Below, piece by piece: positions 28,133 to 36,955 of a DNA stretch of 51,302 nt (within the stretch, counting starts at the first letter, position 1; each line of letters starts with the position of its first letter). Source of the stretch: Treponema sp. (GTDB lineage Bacteria > Spirochaetota > Spirochaetia > Treponematales > Breznakiellaceae). Under the pieces are notes generated by a model that searched no databases, was not told the DNA's origin, and was given only the letters and a program-made list of their open reading frames with translations. The translations under genes were made by a program, and so were the position numbers. The stretch is taken from the NCBI GenBank assembly GCA_031268125.1, contig JAIRXT010000206.1, positions 1 to 51,302 of the forward strand. Reading direction: 5' to 3'.

Positions 28133-29374
28133 TTAAAAAAACTCTTTCAGCCAGTCAACCAATCCGCCAATACCCCACCGTTTCCCCCCCTTTCCACTGG
28201 TCAGAATTTCCCCGCCCCATTCTTCCATCCCCCGGTTTTCCCGGGCATTCCCTTCCAACGCAAGACCTATGGCGGTGGCATACGCCGGATTACGGTACTC
28301 TTCCGCAAGCCCCGGCATGGGCAGGGGGTTCCCCACCCGCACAGGCATCTTAAAAACATGGGCCGCCAATTCCGCCGCTCCGGGAAGCATGGCTCCTCCG
28401 CCGGTAAGAACGATCCCCGCGCCCAGGGGACGGGAAAAAACCGGCTTGTCCAGTTTATCCTTTACCATCCGGTAGATCTCCTCCACCCTTGGACGAATAA
28501 TCTCCAGAATTTGTCCCCGCGGTATGGGTACGGTAGGACGGCCCCCGATACCGGGAATAATCACATCGTCCCCCTCCAGAAAACCCTCCCAGCAGCAGCC
28601 GGCTTCAATCTTTACCTTTTCCGCATTCTCAAAAGAAATACTCTTGACAATTGAAATATCCCGGGTTATCAGCTCAGAACCCGCAGGAATAGTGTTGGTG
28701 GAGTAAGGAGCCCCGTCGGAGTATACCAGCAATTCTGTGGTCCCGCTCCCCAAATCGACCAGCGCCACCCCCATATCCTTTTCTTCCTCGGTAAGCACCG
28801 AACGGCCGGCAGCCAATGAGCGGAGAATCAGATCGTCCACCCGGAAACCGGCGCGGTTGACACATTTGATAAGGTTCTGGGCGCTGGTACTTGAACAGGT
28901 GATGATATGCACCTCCGCCTCAAGCCGTATCCCCAGCATGTCCAGAGGATTACGGATTCCCTTTTGGTTATCCACAATATAGCTTTGGGGAATAACCTCC
29001 AGAACCTGCCGGTCCATAGGGATGTTCACCTCCCGGGCCAGATGGAGAACCCTGCTAAGATCCTCCGGCCCTATCTCCCGGGTTTCCCGGCCTTTCCCCG
29101 ACACCGTAACAACACCGCGGGAATTAATGCCGTCAACATGGCTTCCGCCAATGCCGGTCCAGCAGCTATGGACCTCCCTGTCGCACATCGTCTCCGCCCC
29201 TTCAACGGCGGTAGACACGGAACGGAGCGTAGCTTCGATATTAACTACCACTCCCTTCTTCATGCCTGTCGAAGGGCAGCACCCGATGCCGATAATTTCA
29301 AGAATTCCCCTTTCATTGCGTTCTCCAATGACAACGCGCACCTTGGCCGTACCAATATCAAGGCCGGCCACCAA
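28133..29374 (-). CDS. ftsA: Cell division protein FtsA
   Basis: Actin-like ATPase motifs GLDIGTAKVRVVIGE and VDLGSGTTELLVY. Adjacent to ftsZ. Confidence 0.93.
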   Translation of the reverse strand: MVAGLDIGTAKVRVVIGERNERGILEIIGIGCCPSTGMKKGVVVNIEATLRSVSTAVEGAETMCDREVHSCWTGIGGSHVDGINSRGVVTVSGKGRETREIGPEDLSRVLHLAREVNIPMDRQVLEVIPQSYIVDNQKGIRNPLDMLGIRLEAEVHIITCSSTSAQNLIKCVNRAGFRVDDLILRSLAAGRSVLTEEEKDMGVALVDLGSGTTELLVYSDGAPYSTNTIPAGSELITRDISIVKSISFENAEKVKIEAGCCWEGFLEGDDVIIPGIGGRPTVPIPRGQILEIIRPRVEEIYRMVKDKLDKPVFSRPLGAGIVLTGGGAMLPGAAELAAHVFKMPVRVGNPLPMPGLAEEYRNPAYATAIGLALEGNARENRGMEEWGGEILTSGKGGKRWGIGGLVDWLKEFF

Positions 29375-29378
29375 ATTA

Positions 29379-30239
29379 TCACTGGCCAGAGGAGACCTCC
29401 TTTAACTTATACGAAGCCGTTCCTGTTCTAAAATCAATCTCGTCGATTTCCTGATTTTTCGAACTCAACACATCAATCATAAGCATTACATAGCGCAGAG
29501 TTTCTTCGTTCAACACCGGTTCCAGCCGGACTCGTATGGGGCTGTGTACCGGATAAAGTATCAGATCAAAACCATCAAATGGTTTTTTATTGATCTTAAT
29601 TTCCGATATGGCCCCCAGCAGCTCGCTGTCGGCATAGCGAATCCGGTCAAGGCTGGCAAACAAAGGCTGGTACAGGGCCGACAGGGGTTTATCATCCGCC
29701 AGGGGCAGGCCGGAAATAACCGGCATGGACCGGGTTCCGGAGGGAGCGCCGCCGGTTTTAAAAACAATTCCGTGGCGATCAAAATATACGGGAACCTGCC
29801 GCTCATCTATCACGGTGAAGGCCATCGCTACCGCCGCCCGGGGAACCAGCAGAATCTTTACCGTACCGGGAAACTGTTTGGTTACTCTGGCGGATTCTAC
29901 TTCCTTTATCGTCTCCAGATTTTTTTCCACCGTCCGCCCGTTTACCGAAATATAGGAACTCCGTTCCCCAATACCGCCGCGGCTCAGTACTTCCGCCCGC
30001 TCCAGTCCCGGAATACTGGTAACATCAATGCGGGAAAGGGGCATGCAGGGACTGATCACCAGGAGCCAGATAAGTTCCAGCGCCAGGACAGAAGCGGCGG
30101 CAATAATAAGAACCTTAATCCCCTTTTCCAGCCCTCCGCCTTCACGGTTTTTCAATTCCTCCCCAATCCCCCCGCCGGTAATAGAATCAGAGAAGGCTTC
30201 CCCGGATGAAAATTTCGGATAGTTTAATTCACCTGGCAT
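29379..30239 (-). CDS. ftsQ: Cell division protein FtsQ/DivIB-like (POTRA domain)
   Basis: Single TM (VLIIAAASVLALELIWLLVISP) followed by a POTRA-like segment (RIDVTSIPGLERAEVLS...VTKQFPGTVKILLVPR). Lies between ftsW and ftsA. ATG at 30239 with a GGAGAGAG Shine-Dalgarno. Confidence 0.7.
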   Translation of the reverse strand: MPGELNYPKFSSGEAFSDSITGGGIGEELKNREGGGLEKGIKVLIIAAASVLALELIWLLVISPCMPLSRIDVTSIPGLERAEVLSRGGIGERSSYISVNGRTVEKNLETIKEVESARVTKQFPGTVKILLVPRAAVAMAFTVIDERQVPVYFDRHGIVFKTGGAPSGTRSMPVISGLPLADDKPLSALYQPLFASLDRIRYADSELLGAISEIKINKKPFDGFDLILYPVHSPIRVRLEPVLNEETLRYVMLMIDVLSSKNQEIDEIDFRTGTASYKLKEVSSGQ

Positions 30240-31407
30240 GTATACTCTCTCCGGCGCCGACAGAGGAAACGCCCCGGAACCTGGGGTCCTCCCGGCGGCA
30301 TACATTCACGATAAATCCTGCCATGAACAGAGTAATCATCAGGGAAGTGCCCCCGGCAGAAAAAAAAGGGAGAGGAAGCCCGGTGGCGGGAAGGAATCCG
30401 GAAACCACCGCGACATTCAACATGACCTGGGAGATGATCATGGTTACGAGCCCGCAGGCAAAAAGCCGCCGGAAGGTACCGGCGGAGCGCAGGGCGCCCC
30501 GGTAACCAAGGCAGGCAAAAGCCCCGAAAAGAAGAAAAACAAGAACCACCCCAAAAAAGCCCGACTCTTCGGCAAAGGCGGAAAAAATAAAATCCGACTG
30601 TACCTCGGGGACGCTGGCTATTTTCCTGGTACCCTGCCCCAATCCCTTTCCCCAAAAACCTCCTGAAACAATAGTTCTGATGCTTGACCCGACCTGATAA
30701 CCGGCGCCCTGGGGTTCCCATTCCGGCCTGAAAAAGCTGATAAGGCGCCGCAGCCGGTGTTCCTTGGTAAGAATTAGAAGGGTGGAAAGGGGCAAAAGCA
30801 TTACAACCGCGGAAAAGAAATACCGCAGTTTGAAACCGGCCAAAAAAAAGATAATGACAGCATTTACCGCGATAAATACGGCGGTAGAAAAATTATTCTG
30901 CAGATAGATAATGATAAAAAACAGGGCGGTAATTAACACCGGTGGCAGCACCCCGGTAGAAAATTTACCAAGATCATCCTGCTTTTTATCAAAGATATGG
31001 GCCAGGTACAGGGGAAGTATCAGCTTTACCAGTTCCGACGGCTGGAAGGTCCAGTCTCCGGGGATTTTGATCCAGCGGCTTGCACCGTTCCTGGTGTCCC
31101 CGATGCCGGGAACAAAAGTAAGCACGCAAAAAATAATCGTAAGTATGACCAGGGGCTTTATCAGTTTCCGCAGCCCTTCAAGGTTCACACGGGAGGCAAG
31201 AAAAAACAATACCATTCCTGCCGCGCCCGCCTTTAACTGCCGGGACACAAAATGCAGCCCCCCGTCCCGGAAAAAACGGCTTGCAAAAGCATAAGACGAA
31301 GAATACAGAGTAACCAGTCCGATGCCGGTAAGGAGTAATACTGTGGCAATAAGAAGATGATTTCCCCCGGCAAAACGGGGCGATCTTTCTGCTTTGAACT
31401 GATACAT
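30229..31407 (-). CDS. ftsW: SEDS-family peptidoglycan glycosyltransferase FtsW
   Basis: Polytopic FtsW/RodA/SpoVE-family protein (FQPSELVKL, GLPLPFFSAGGTSLM) in dcw context. Confidence 0.88.
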   Translation of the reverse strand: MYQFKAERSPRFAGGNHLLIATVLLLTGIGLVTLYSSSYAFASRFFRDGGLHFVSRQLKAGAAGMVLFFLASRVNLEGLRKLIKPLVILTIIFCVLTFVPGIGDTRNGASRWIKIPGDWTFQPSELVKLILPLYLAHIFDKKQDDLGKFSTGVLPPVLITALFFIIIYLQNNFSTAVFIAVNAVIIFFLAGFKLRYFFSAVVMLLPLSTLLILTKEHRLRRLISFFRPEWEPQGAGYQVGSSIRTIVSGGFWGKGLGQGTRKIASVPEVQSDFIFSAFAEESGFFGVVLVFLLFGAFACLGYRGALRSAGTFRRLFACGLVTMIISQVMLNVAVVSGFLPATGLPLPFFSAGGTSLMITLFMAGFIVNVCRREDPRFRGVSSVGAGESIHAR

Positions 31408-31416
31408 CCCCGCCTC

Positions 31417-32496
31417 CTATTGTATTTTTAATGTGGATAGAGCTACGATGGCGAAAAGTCCCCCCAGTATCCAAAAACGAATCACAACTTTTGACTCGGC
31501 AATTCCCGCCAGTTCGTAGTGATGGTGTATCGGCGCCATGCGGAACACCCTCTTCTTCCGGAGTTTGTAGGAAACAACCTGTATTACTACCGAGGCAATT
31601 TCTAAAACAAATACTCCGCCAATAATAAGCACCAAAATCTCTTTTTTAATTATCAGGGAAATTGTGGCGACTATCCCCCCCAGGGACAGGCTTCCCACAT
31701 CTCCCATGATCACTTCCGCGGGGTGGGCATTAAACCAGAGGAAGCCGACGCAGGCCCCCACCGCCGCCAGGCAGAACACGGTAAGCTCCCCCGAATCGGA
31801 AATATAGGGTATTCCCAAATATGAAGAATAGTCCGATCTGCCGGACAGGTAACAGAGAATTGCCAAGGCAATAAATACCAGAATCAGCAGCCCCGCCAAC
31901 AGCCCGTCCAGGCCGTCGGAAAAATTTACCGCATTGCTTTCCCCCACGATAAGAAGTATTCCAAAGGGAATCCAGAGAAAGCCCATGTCAACTACAGGAT
32001 TCTTGAAGAAAGGCAGGTAAAGACGGGTAATTCCTTCCCCGCCGTTAAAGTACAGAAACACTACCACCCCTGTGGCTACGGCAAACTGTCCGGCAAGCTT
32101 TGCCCAGGCGGGGAGTCCTTCAGAATTGCGCTTGGTAACCTTGAGGTAATCATCCAGAAATCCGATACACCCAAAGGCCGCAAAGGCAACCGCCACAAGA
32201 ATAACCTTGACATTTGTAAGATCCTGCCAGAGCAGCATGGAAAACAGCACGGAAAAGATGATCATGACCCCGCCCATAGTGGGGGTTCCGCTTTTCACCA
32301 GATGCGTGGCGGGGCCGTCGGCTCTGATCGGCTGCCCCACCTTCAGTTTCCGCAGGGCCTCAATGATTACAGGGCCAAAAACATAGGTAACAAGCAGGGT
32401 GGTAAGCGCAGCGTAAGCCCCCCTAAAGGTTAAATACATAAAAACATTGAAGGGGGTAAAATATTTTGTCAAAGGATAGATAAATTCTAGAAACAT
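31417..32496 (-). CDS. mraY: Phospho-N-acetylmuramoyl-pentapeptide transferase MraY
   Basis: NAVNFSDGLDGLLAG, MGDVGSLSLGG and APIHHHYELAG. Confidence 0.95.
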   Translation of the reverse strand: MFLEFIYPLTKYFTPFNVFMYLTFRGAYAALTTLLVTYVFGPVIIEALRKLKVGQPIRADGPATHLVKSGTPTMGGVMIIFSVLFSMLLWQDLTNVKVILVAVAFAAFGCIGFLDDYLKVTKRNSEGLPAWAKLAGQFAVATGVVVFLYFNGGEGITRLYLPFFKNPVVDMGFLWIPFGILLIVGESNAVNFSDGLDGLLAGLLILVFIALAILCYLSGRSDYSSYLGIPYISDSGELTVFCLAAVGACVGFLWFNAHPAEVIMGDVGSLSLGGIVATISLIIKKEILVLIIGGVFVLEIASVVIQVVSYKLRKKRVFRMAPIHHHYELAGIAESKVVIRFWILGGLFAIVALSTLKIQ

Positions 32497-34019
32497 ATTC
32501 CCCCTCCCCGTTCCGTTCCGCCCAGAAGCACCGGATCAAGCCGTTCCAGGGCGCAACCCCGGGAGCCTTTTACCAGAACCAGATCCCCCGGTTCAACATA
32601 TTCACCCAGGCCGGCACTAAGCTCGTCCATATTGTTGGTATGGAAAAACCGGACCGGTTTCCGTCCCGCCGCATTTCCGCGGTTTTCCGACAGAACCGCG
32701 GCGGCCTGTTCCATTTCACCGCCGTAGAGGAACACCATATCCGCAGCGGACCGGGTCAGGGCCCGGGCCAATTCCCGGTGAGCCGCCGCCGAGGCATCCC
32801 CCAATTCCAGCATGGAACCCAGAACATATACCTTCCGCCCCGGGTATTCCAGGGCGTCACAAAAGTCTACGGCCGCGGCCGTAGATTCGGGGTTTGCGTT
32901 GTAACAGTCCCGGATTACCGTCATATCCCCGGTAAAAATTTCACTGCGTCCGAAGAGGGGCCGCACCGATTCCAAACCCCGCCTGATGGCGGCGTCCCCT
33001 GCCCCTATTTCCCGGGCTATGGCGATTGCCGCAACGGCATCGGCCAGGTTGTGCTTCCCCGGAAGTCTGAAGCGGACCTTCTCCCCCGCCCAGGTAATCT
33101 CGCTGCCCGAAAGACCCAGGTCCCGCACCGGCCCCAGAGCTTCAAGACTCTCCGGGCCATAAAAGCGCGGGATACCCTTTAGACCTTCCGCCAGGACATC
33201 GCGGAATTCACAGTCCGAAGGGATCAGCGCAAGATCGCCTTCGTTTTGACAGCGGAAAATTTGTTTTTTTTCTAAAGCAATGCCCCTAAAACTGCCGATT
33301 TTTCCGATATGGGAAAGGCCTATGTTGGTAATAAGCGCGATATGGGGTTTCAGGACCCCGGCCAGTTCGGCTATCTCCTGCTTCCGGTTCATCCCAAGCT
33401 CAAATATTCCGGCCCGGTGAAAGTCCCGGACCGCAAAAACCGCCAGGGGAAGCCCTGTTTCGGAATTCAGGTTCAGCGGATTCGTCACGGTCTCCATCTC
33501 CTGACCGATGATGGCCGCGGCAATTTCTTTGGTGGTTGTTTTCCCGGAAGATCCGGTAATCCCAATTTTTACCAGGTTGGGGAATTGTTCCAGATAGGCC
33601 GCAGCGGCGTCCTGCAGGGCCCGGAGGCTGTCTTTGACCGCCACAAGGACCCTGCCGTAACGCTGGGCCGCCTCCTTTAAGCCCAGGACAGAATCTTCCA
33701 GTTTTGAACATTCTACCAGGGCGCAGGACGCTCCCGCCTTAAAAGCGGCTTCCACATAGCGGTGTCCGTCCTGAACGGATCCGGCGAGGGCGGCAAAAAG
33801 GGAACCGGGTTTTGCCTTGCGGGAATCGATACATACCGAGCCGAAGCCCGGCTGTCCAAGCCCCGGGCCAAAGGCGCGGCCGGAGACCGCCGCACAGAGA
33901 CCGGCAAAATCCATAAGAACCGGGATTCCCGCCCTATTTCCCGGAGGACAATCCCGGAAATCCTTTCCGGAATCATGGACCTCCGGCTTTAGGCCGGGCC
34001 GGTTCAAGGCAGCATTCAA
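32487..34019 (-). CDS. murF: UDP-N-acetylmuramoyl-tripeptide--D-alanyl-D-alanine ligase MurF
   Basis: P-loop GITGSSGKTTTKE and DCYNANPES. The TTG at 34019 overlaps the ftsL stop (TTGA). A shorter start at the internal MDFAGL (33914) is possible. Confidence 0.88.
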   Translation of the reverse strand: MNAALNRPGLKPEVHDSGKDFRDCPPGNRAGIPVLMDFAGLCAAVSGRAFGPGLGQPGFGSVCIDSRKAKPGSLFAALAGSVQDGHRYVEAAFKAGASCALVECSKLEDSVLGLKEAAQRYGRVLVAVKDSLRALQDAAAAYLEQFPNLVKIGITGSSGKTTTKEIAAAIIGQEMETVTNPLNLNSETGLPLAVFAVRDFHRAGIFELGMNRKQEIAELAGVLKPHIALITNIGLSHIGKIGSFRGIALEKKQIFRCQNEGDLALIPSDCEFRDVLAEGLKGIPRFYGPESLEALGPVRDLGLSGSEITWAGEKVRFRLPGKHNLADAVAAIAIAREIGAGDAAIRRGLESVRPLFGRSEIFTGDMTVIRDCYNANPESTAAAVDFCDALEYPGRKVYVLGSMLELGDASAAAHRELARALTRSAADMVFLYGGEMEQAAAVLSENRGNAAGRKPVRFFHTNNMDELSAGLGEYVEPGDLVLVKGSRGCALERLDPVLLGGTERGGGICF

Positions 34020-34303
34020 AATTCCCCCTCCCCCACTATTTTTATCTGCAAGACATTTTCCGGTCCAACACGGCTCAACCCGAGCTGGTCCTGGGCAATA
34101 CGTTCAATCCGTTCCGAGGATGAAAGCATGGCAATAACCGCGATAAGCCGGTTGTTGCTTTCCACCCATTCCTCCTGCCCGGACTCAAGGGCAGCCGTTT
34201 TCTGCTCCAGGTCCATATACCGGACAGACTGCCAGGAGACCAGGGCCAGCAAAGCCGGTATAGTTAAAGCCGTAAAATAAACCAGCAAATACCGTTTCAT
34301 CAC
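34016..34303 (-). CDS. ftsL: Cell division protein FtsL
   Basis: 95 aa with an N-terminal TM (YLLVYFTALTIPALLALV) followed by a coiled coil. Canonical position between rsmH and the mur genes. Confidence 0.7.
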   Translation of the reverse strand: MMKRYLLVYFTALTIPALLALVSWQSVRYMDLEQKTAALESGQEEWVESNNRLIAVIAMLSSSERIERIAQDQLGLSRVGPENVLQIKIVGEGEF

Positions 34304-35235
34304 GATTCGTCCTCAACAACATTTTTCTCCACCACCCGCAACCGTGCGCTGCGGGACGGAGGATTCACCCGTTTTTCCGCCTCCCCGGGAGCTACCCCCT
34401 TGGGAGTTAGAACGGTATACCTACCTATCGGTACTTCCGGGAAACAGGTACAGCCCCTGCCCTTGTGCCGGAATAATTCCTTTACCACACGATCTTCCAA
34501 ACTATGAAAACTAATCACCCCCAGACGGCCTCCCGGTTCCAGGGCCAAAAGGGCGGTTTCCAAAAGTTCCCTAAGCCGTTCCGTCTCCCCGTTCACCGCT
34601 ATGCGTAACGCCATGAAGGTTTTGGTGGCGGCGTGGACCGGGCCGTTCCGGTACGAAGCCGGCACCGCCTGTTCCACCAGTTCCCCCAAACTCCGGCTTG
34701 AACGAAGGGCGCCCCGTTTTCTCGCTTCCACTATCGCCCCGGCAATACGGCGGGAATACCGTTCTTCGGCGTTTCTGAACAGCAGATCCGCCAACTCATG
34801 CTCGCTCATGGCGGCAATTAGATCCGCCGCCCCCGGTCCCTGCCGGGGATCCAGCCGCATGTCCAAAGGCTCGTCTTTACGAAAGCTAAAACCCCGGCCG
34901 GATTTTTCATAGTGAAAAAGACTTATCCCCAAGTCGATAAGGATAGTATGGGGCCGCTTAAGCTCCTCAGGATAGGCCGCAAAAAAATTCTGCGCCCATC
35001 CCGAATAAAAGCGAATCCGGTCCCCAAATTCCTTGAGCCGTTCCCCGGCGATTTCCTGAATAGCGGGATCAATATCGATGCCAATAACTTTTAGATCTGG
35101 GAAGCGGGAAAGGAAGGCATAACTATGCCCTCCTTCCCCTAAGGTGGCATCCACCATCAAGTTCCCCCCCCCCTTACGGGGGGCAAGATACTGAATTACC
35201 TCCTCCAGTAACACCGGAGTGTGTACCGCTTCCAT
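34300..35235 (-). CDS. rsmH: 16S rRNA (cytosine1402-N4)-methyltransferase RsmH (MraW)
   Basis: HTPVLLEEV, DATLGEGGHS and ISFHSLEDRVVK. ATG at 35235 is preferred over the TTG at 35256. Confidence 0.93.
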   Translation of the reverse strand: MEAVHTPVLLEEVIQYLAPRKGGGNLMVDATLGEGGHSYAFLSRFPDLKVIGIDIDPAIQEIAGERLKEFGDRIRFYSGWAQNFFAAYPEELKRPHTILIDLGISLFHYEKSGRGFSFRKDEPLDMRLDPRQGPGAADLIAAMSEHELADLLFRNAEERYSRRIAGAIVEARKRGALRSSRSLGELVEQAVPASYRNGPVHAATKTFMALRIAVNGETERLRELLETALLALEPGGRLGVISFHSLEDRVVKELFRHKGRGCTCFPEVPIGRYTVLTPKGVAPGEAEKRVNPPSRSARLRVVEKNVVEDES

Positions 35236-35260
35236 GCCGGACTGTTCCCCTCCCAAATCC

Positions 35261-35734
35261 CTAGGTATCCAGCTTGAAACGCCCCAAAGATCCCAATTTC
35301 CTCAGTACGTCCTTTGTCGCAGGCCGGTTTTCAGCCAACTGGGCCATTAACAATTCTTCGTCCCATACCTCCAAACGATCTTTTCGATTAAGGACCATAC
35401 AATCCTTTTTTAACTCGGCATAACGCCTTATATGCGGCGGCATGGCAATACGGCCCGCCCTGTCAATTTCCGTTTCCATCTTCGGGACAATAAACCGGAA
35501 CTCCAGCAAGTCCCGCTCGTCCTCGGTAAGCGTATCGGCGCTGGTGATCTGCCGGTACAACGGTTCCCAAATTTCAAACTTCATGATCCAGGCGCAGGTT
35601 TGCAGCCCCAGGGTAATCACCAGCCCCCCGGAATAGTTCTCTCTTAACTTGATGGGAATGCCGACCCTTCCCTTGTCGTCCAGCGTACTTGGATATGTTC
35701 CTCCGGCTTCTAATCCCATCCCACCTTTCCCCAT
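35261..35734 (-). CDS. mraZ: Transcriptional regulator MraZ
   Basis: Two SpoVT/AbrB-like repeats (LDDKGRVGIP, IDRAGRIAMP). First gene of the dcw cluster. Confidence 0.9.
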   Translation of the reverse strand: MGKGGMGLEAGGTYPSTLDDKGRVGIPIKLRENYSGGLVITLGLQTCAWIMKFEIWEPLYRQITSADTLTEDERDLLEFRFIVPKMETEIDRAGRIAMPPHIRRYAELKKDCMVLNRKDRLEVWDEELLMAQLAENRPATKDVLRKLGSLGRFKLDT

Positions 35735-35773
35735 GAAAAATGGCTAAATTTCGGGTTTCCCCACTGTTTTTCC

Positions 35774-35803
35774 AGTATCGTTTATTTGTTTTATTCAAGT
35801 CAA
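35774..35803 (-). promoter_or_regulatory. Candidate sigma70-like promoter of mraZ/dcw cluster
   Basis: On the minus strand: TTGACT (35803-35798), 18 bp, GATACT (35779-35774). Flanked by direct repeats AAGGGAAAA at 35802-35810 and 35814-35822. Confidence 0.4.
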
Positions 35804-35919
35804 GGGAAAAATTAAGGGAAAAGCTCTATTACGAACAAAAAAGTTTCCGCCTTTCGCTACACGAATGTATGCGCCTGAATGGGCCAGCCACGGCTCACGG
35901 AATCAGGCTGCTTCGGCCG

Positions 35920-35948
35920 TTGTTACAATCGTGTTTGAACACTAATAT
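35920..35948 (+). promoter_or_regulatory. Candidate sigma70-like promoter of the plus-strand two-gene cassette
   Basis: TTGTTA (35920-35925), 17 bp, TAATAT (35943-35948). The ATG at 35959 lies 10 nt after the -10 box with no Shine-Dalgarno, so the transcript is leaderless or has a very short leader. Confidence 0.45.
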
Positions 35949-35958
35949 TGGCCTATCT

Positions 35959-36204
35959 ATGTTCATGAACGAGTATTTCATCGTCTTTCCCGAGGGGGAT
36001 GTCCAGGAAATCCCTTCACGGCTCCCGTTAAACGCCGTAGTGGACATCAACGGGCAAACCCTTGACCTGCCCCTGCCCACAAACCGGATGATCGCCTTCC
36101 GGGTATACCGGATAAAGGCGGATGAAGGCCGGGGAAGCAGGGAAACCCTGCATTATCTGGAGCTTCTGAGCGCGGAAGAACTTCTCCCCTATGCGCAGCC
36201 CTGA
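35959..36204 (+). CDS. Small acidic hypothetical protein (81 aa), partner of the downstream nuclease-like gene
   Basis: MFMNEYFIVFPEGDVQEIPSRLPLNAVVDINGQTLDLPLPTNRMIAFRVYRIKADEGRGSRETLHYLELLSAEELLPYAQP has 12 acidic versus 7 basic residues. No domain recognised. The longest ORF (from 35740) would cross the mraZ promoter. 14-nt overlap with the next gene. Confidence 0.5.
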   Translation: MFMNEYFIVFPEGDVQEIPSRLPLNAVVDINGQTLDLPLPTNRMIAFRVYRIKADEGRGSRETLHYLELLSAEELLPYAQP

Positions 36205-36955
36205 CCCTGCCATCGGGACCCGGCGGGAAAGCGGCCTTCACCGGGCCTTGAAATTCCGCTACAGCGGGCAAAACGGCCATACCGAGCAGGTCTGCGGGGA
36301 ATATGTCTGCGACTGCATTACCGAAACCGGGGAGATTATCGAAGTCCAGACCGGGAGCTTTGGCCCCCTGAAGGAAAAACTCAAAAAACTGGCCGGCCGC
36401 CATCCGGTACGGATCGTCCATCCGGTCATTATCAACAAATACATCGAAACCTACGACACGGAAGCCGTGCTGCTGAGGAGACGGAAGAGTCCCCGGCGGG
36501 GCAGCCCCTGGGACCTGTTCAACAACCTGCTCTATGCCCCGGAACTGCCCCTGCTCAAAAGGGTTTCCGTGGAACTTGCCCTGGTTGACGTGCTGGAACG
36601 GAGGGTCCAGGACGGCAAGGGTTCCTGGCGCCGGGGCAGGGTCAGCATTGCCGGCAGGGAACTGACGGGCTGGCACGAATCGATAGTCCTGAAAAAGCCC
36701 GGAGACTACCGCCGTTTTATCCCCGCCGCCAAAAACGGGGATTTTACCGCCGCTTCCCTGGCCCAGGAAGCGGGAATTCCCGCGGCATTGGCGCGAAAAA
36801 CCCTCTATGTCCTTGGAAAAATGGGAGTTGTGGAACGAACCGGGAAAAAAGGGCGGTCCTATACTTACCGGGCAGCGGGGACACGGCGGATTTCCCAAAG
36901 TCCGGTCAAAGGTCTAAACTTGACCGGGGGTTCCGGGTCAAAAAAAAGGCGGTAA
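36191..36955 (+). CDS. PD-(D/E)xK / CoiA-like nuclease-fold protein with C-terminal winged-helix-like domain
   Basis: ESGLHRALK ... YVCDCITETGEIIEVQTGSF gives an E / D / E-x-Q-x-G-S motif set, like CoiA-type restriction-endonuclease-fold proteins. Basic linker (RRRKSPRRGSPW, GKGSWRRGR). C-terminal FTAASLAQEAGIPAALARKTLYVLGKMGVVERTGKKGRSYTY resembles a wHTH. From memory it resembles a widespread uncharacterised family. Confidence 0.6.
   Translation: MRSPDPAIGTRRESGLHRALKFRYSGQNGHTEQVCGEYVCDCITETGEIIEVQTGSFGPLKEKLKKLAGRHPVRIVHPVIINKYIETYDTEAVLLRRRKSPRRGSPWDLFNNLLYAPELPLLKRVSVELALVDVLERRVQDGKGSWRRGRVSIAGRELTGWHESIVLKKPGDYRRFIPAAKNGDFTAASLAQEAGIPAALARKTLYVLGKMGVVERTGKKGRSYTYRAAGTRRISQSPVKGLNLTGGSGSKKRR

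Noticed and set aside
36047-36898. 283-aa minus-strand ORF overlapping the nuclease-like gene.
   Set aside because: The translation is G/P/F-rich with no motifs. The opposite strand encodes a protein with coherent nuclease and wHTH-like motifs, a promoter and a terminator. I judged this ORF a shadow frame.
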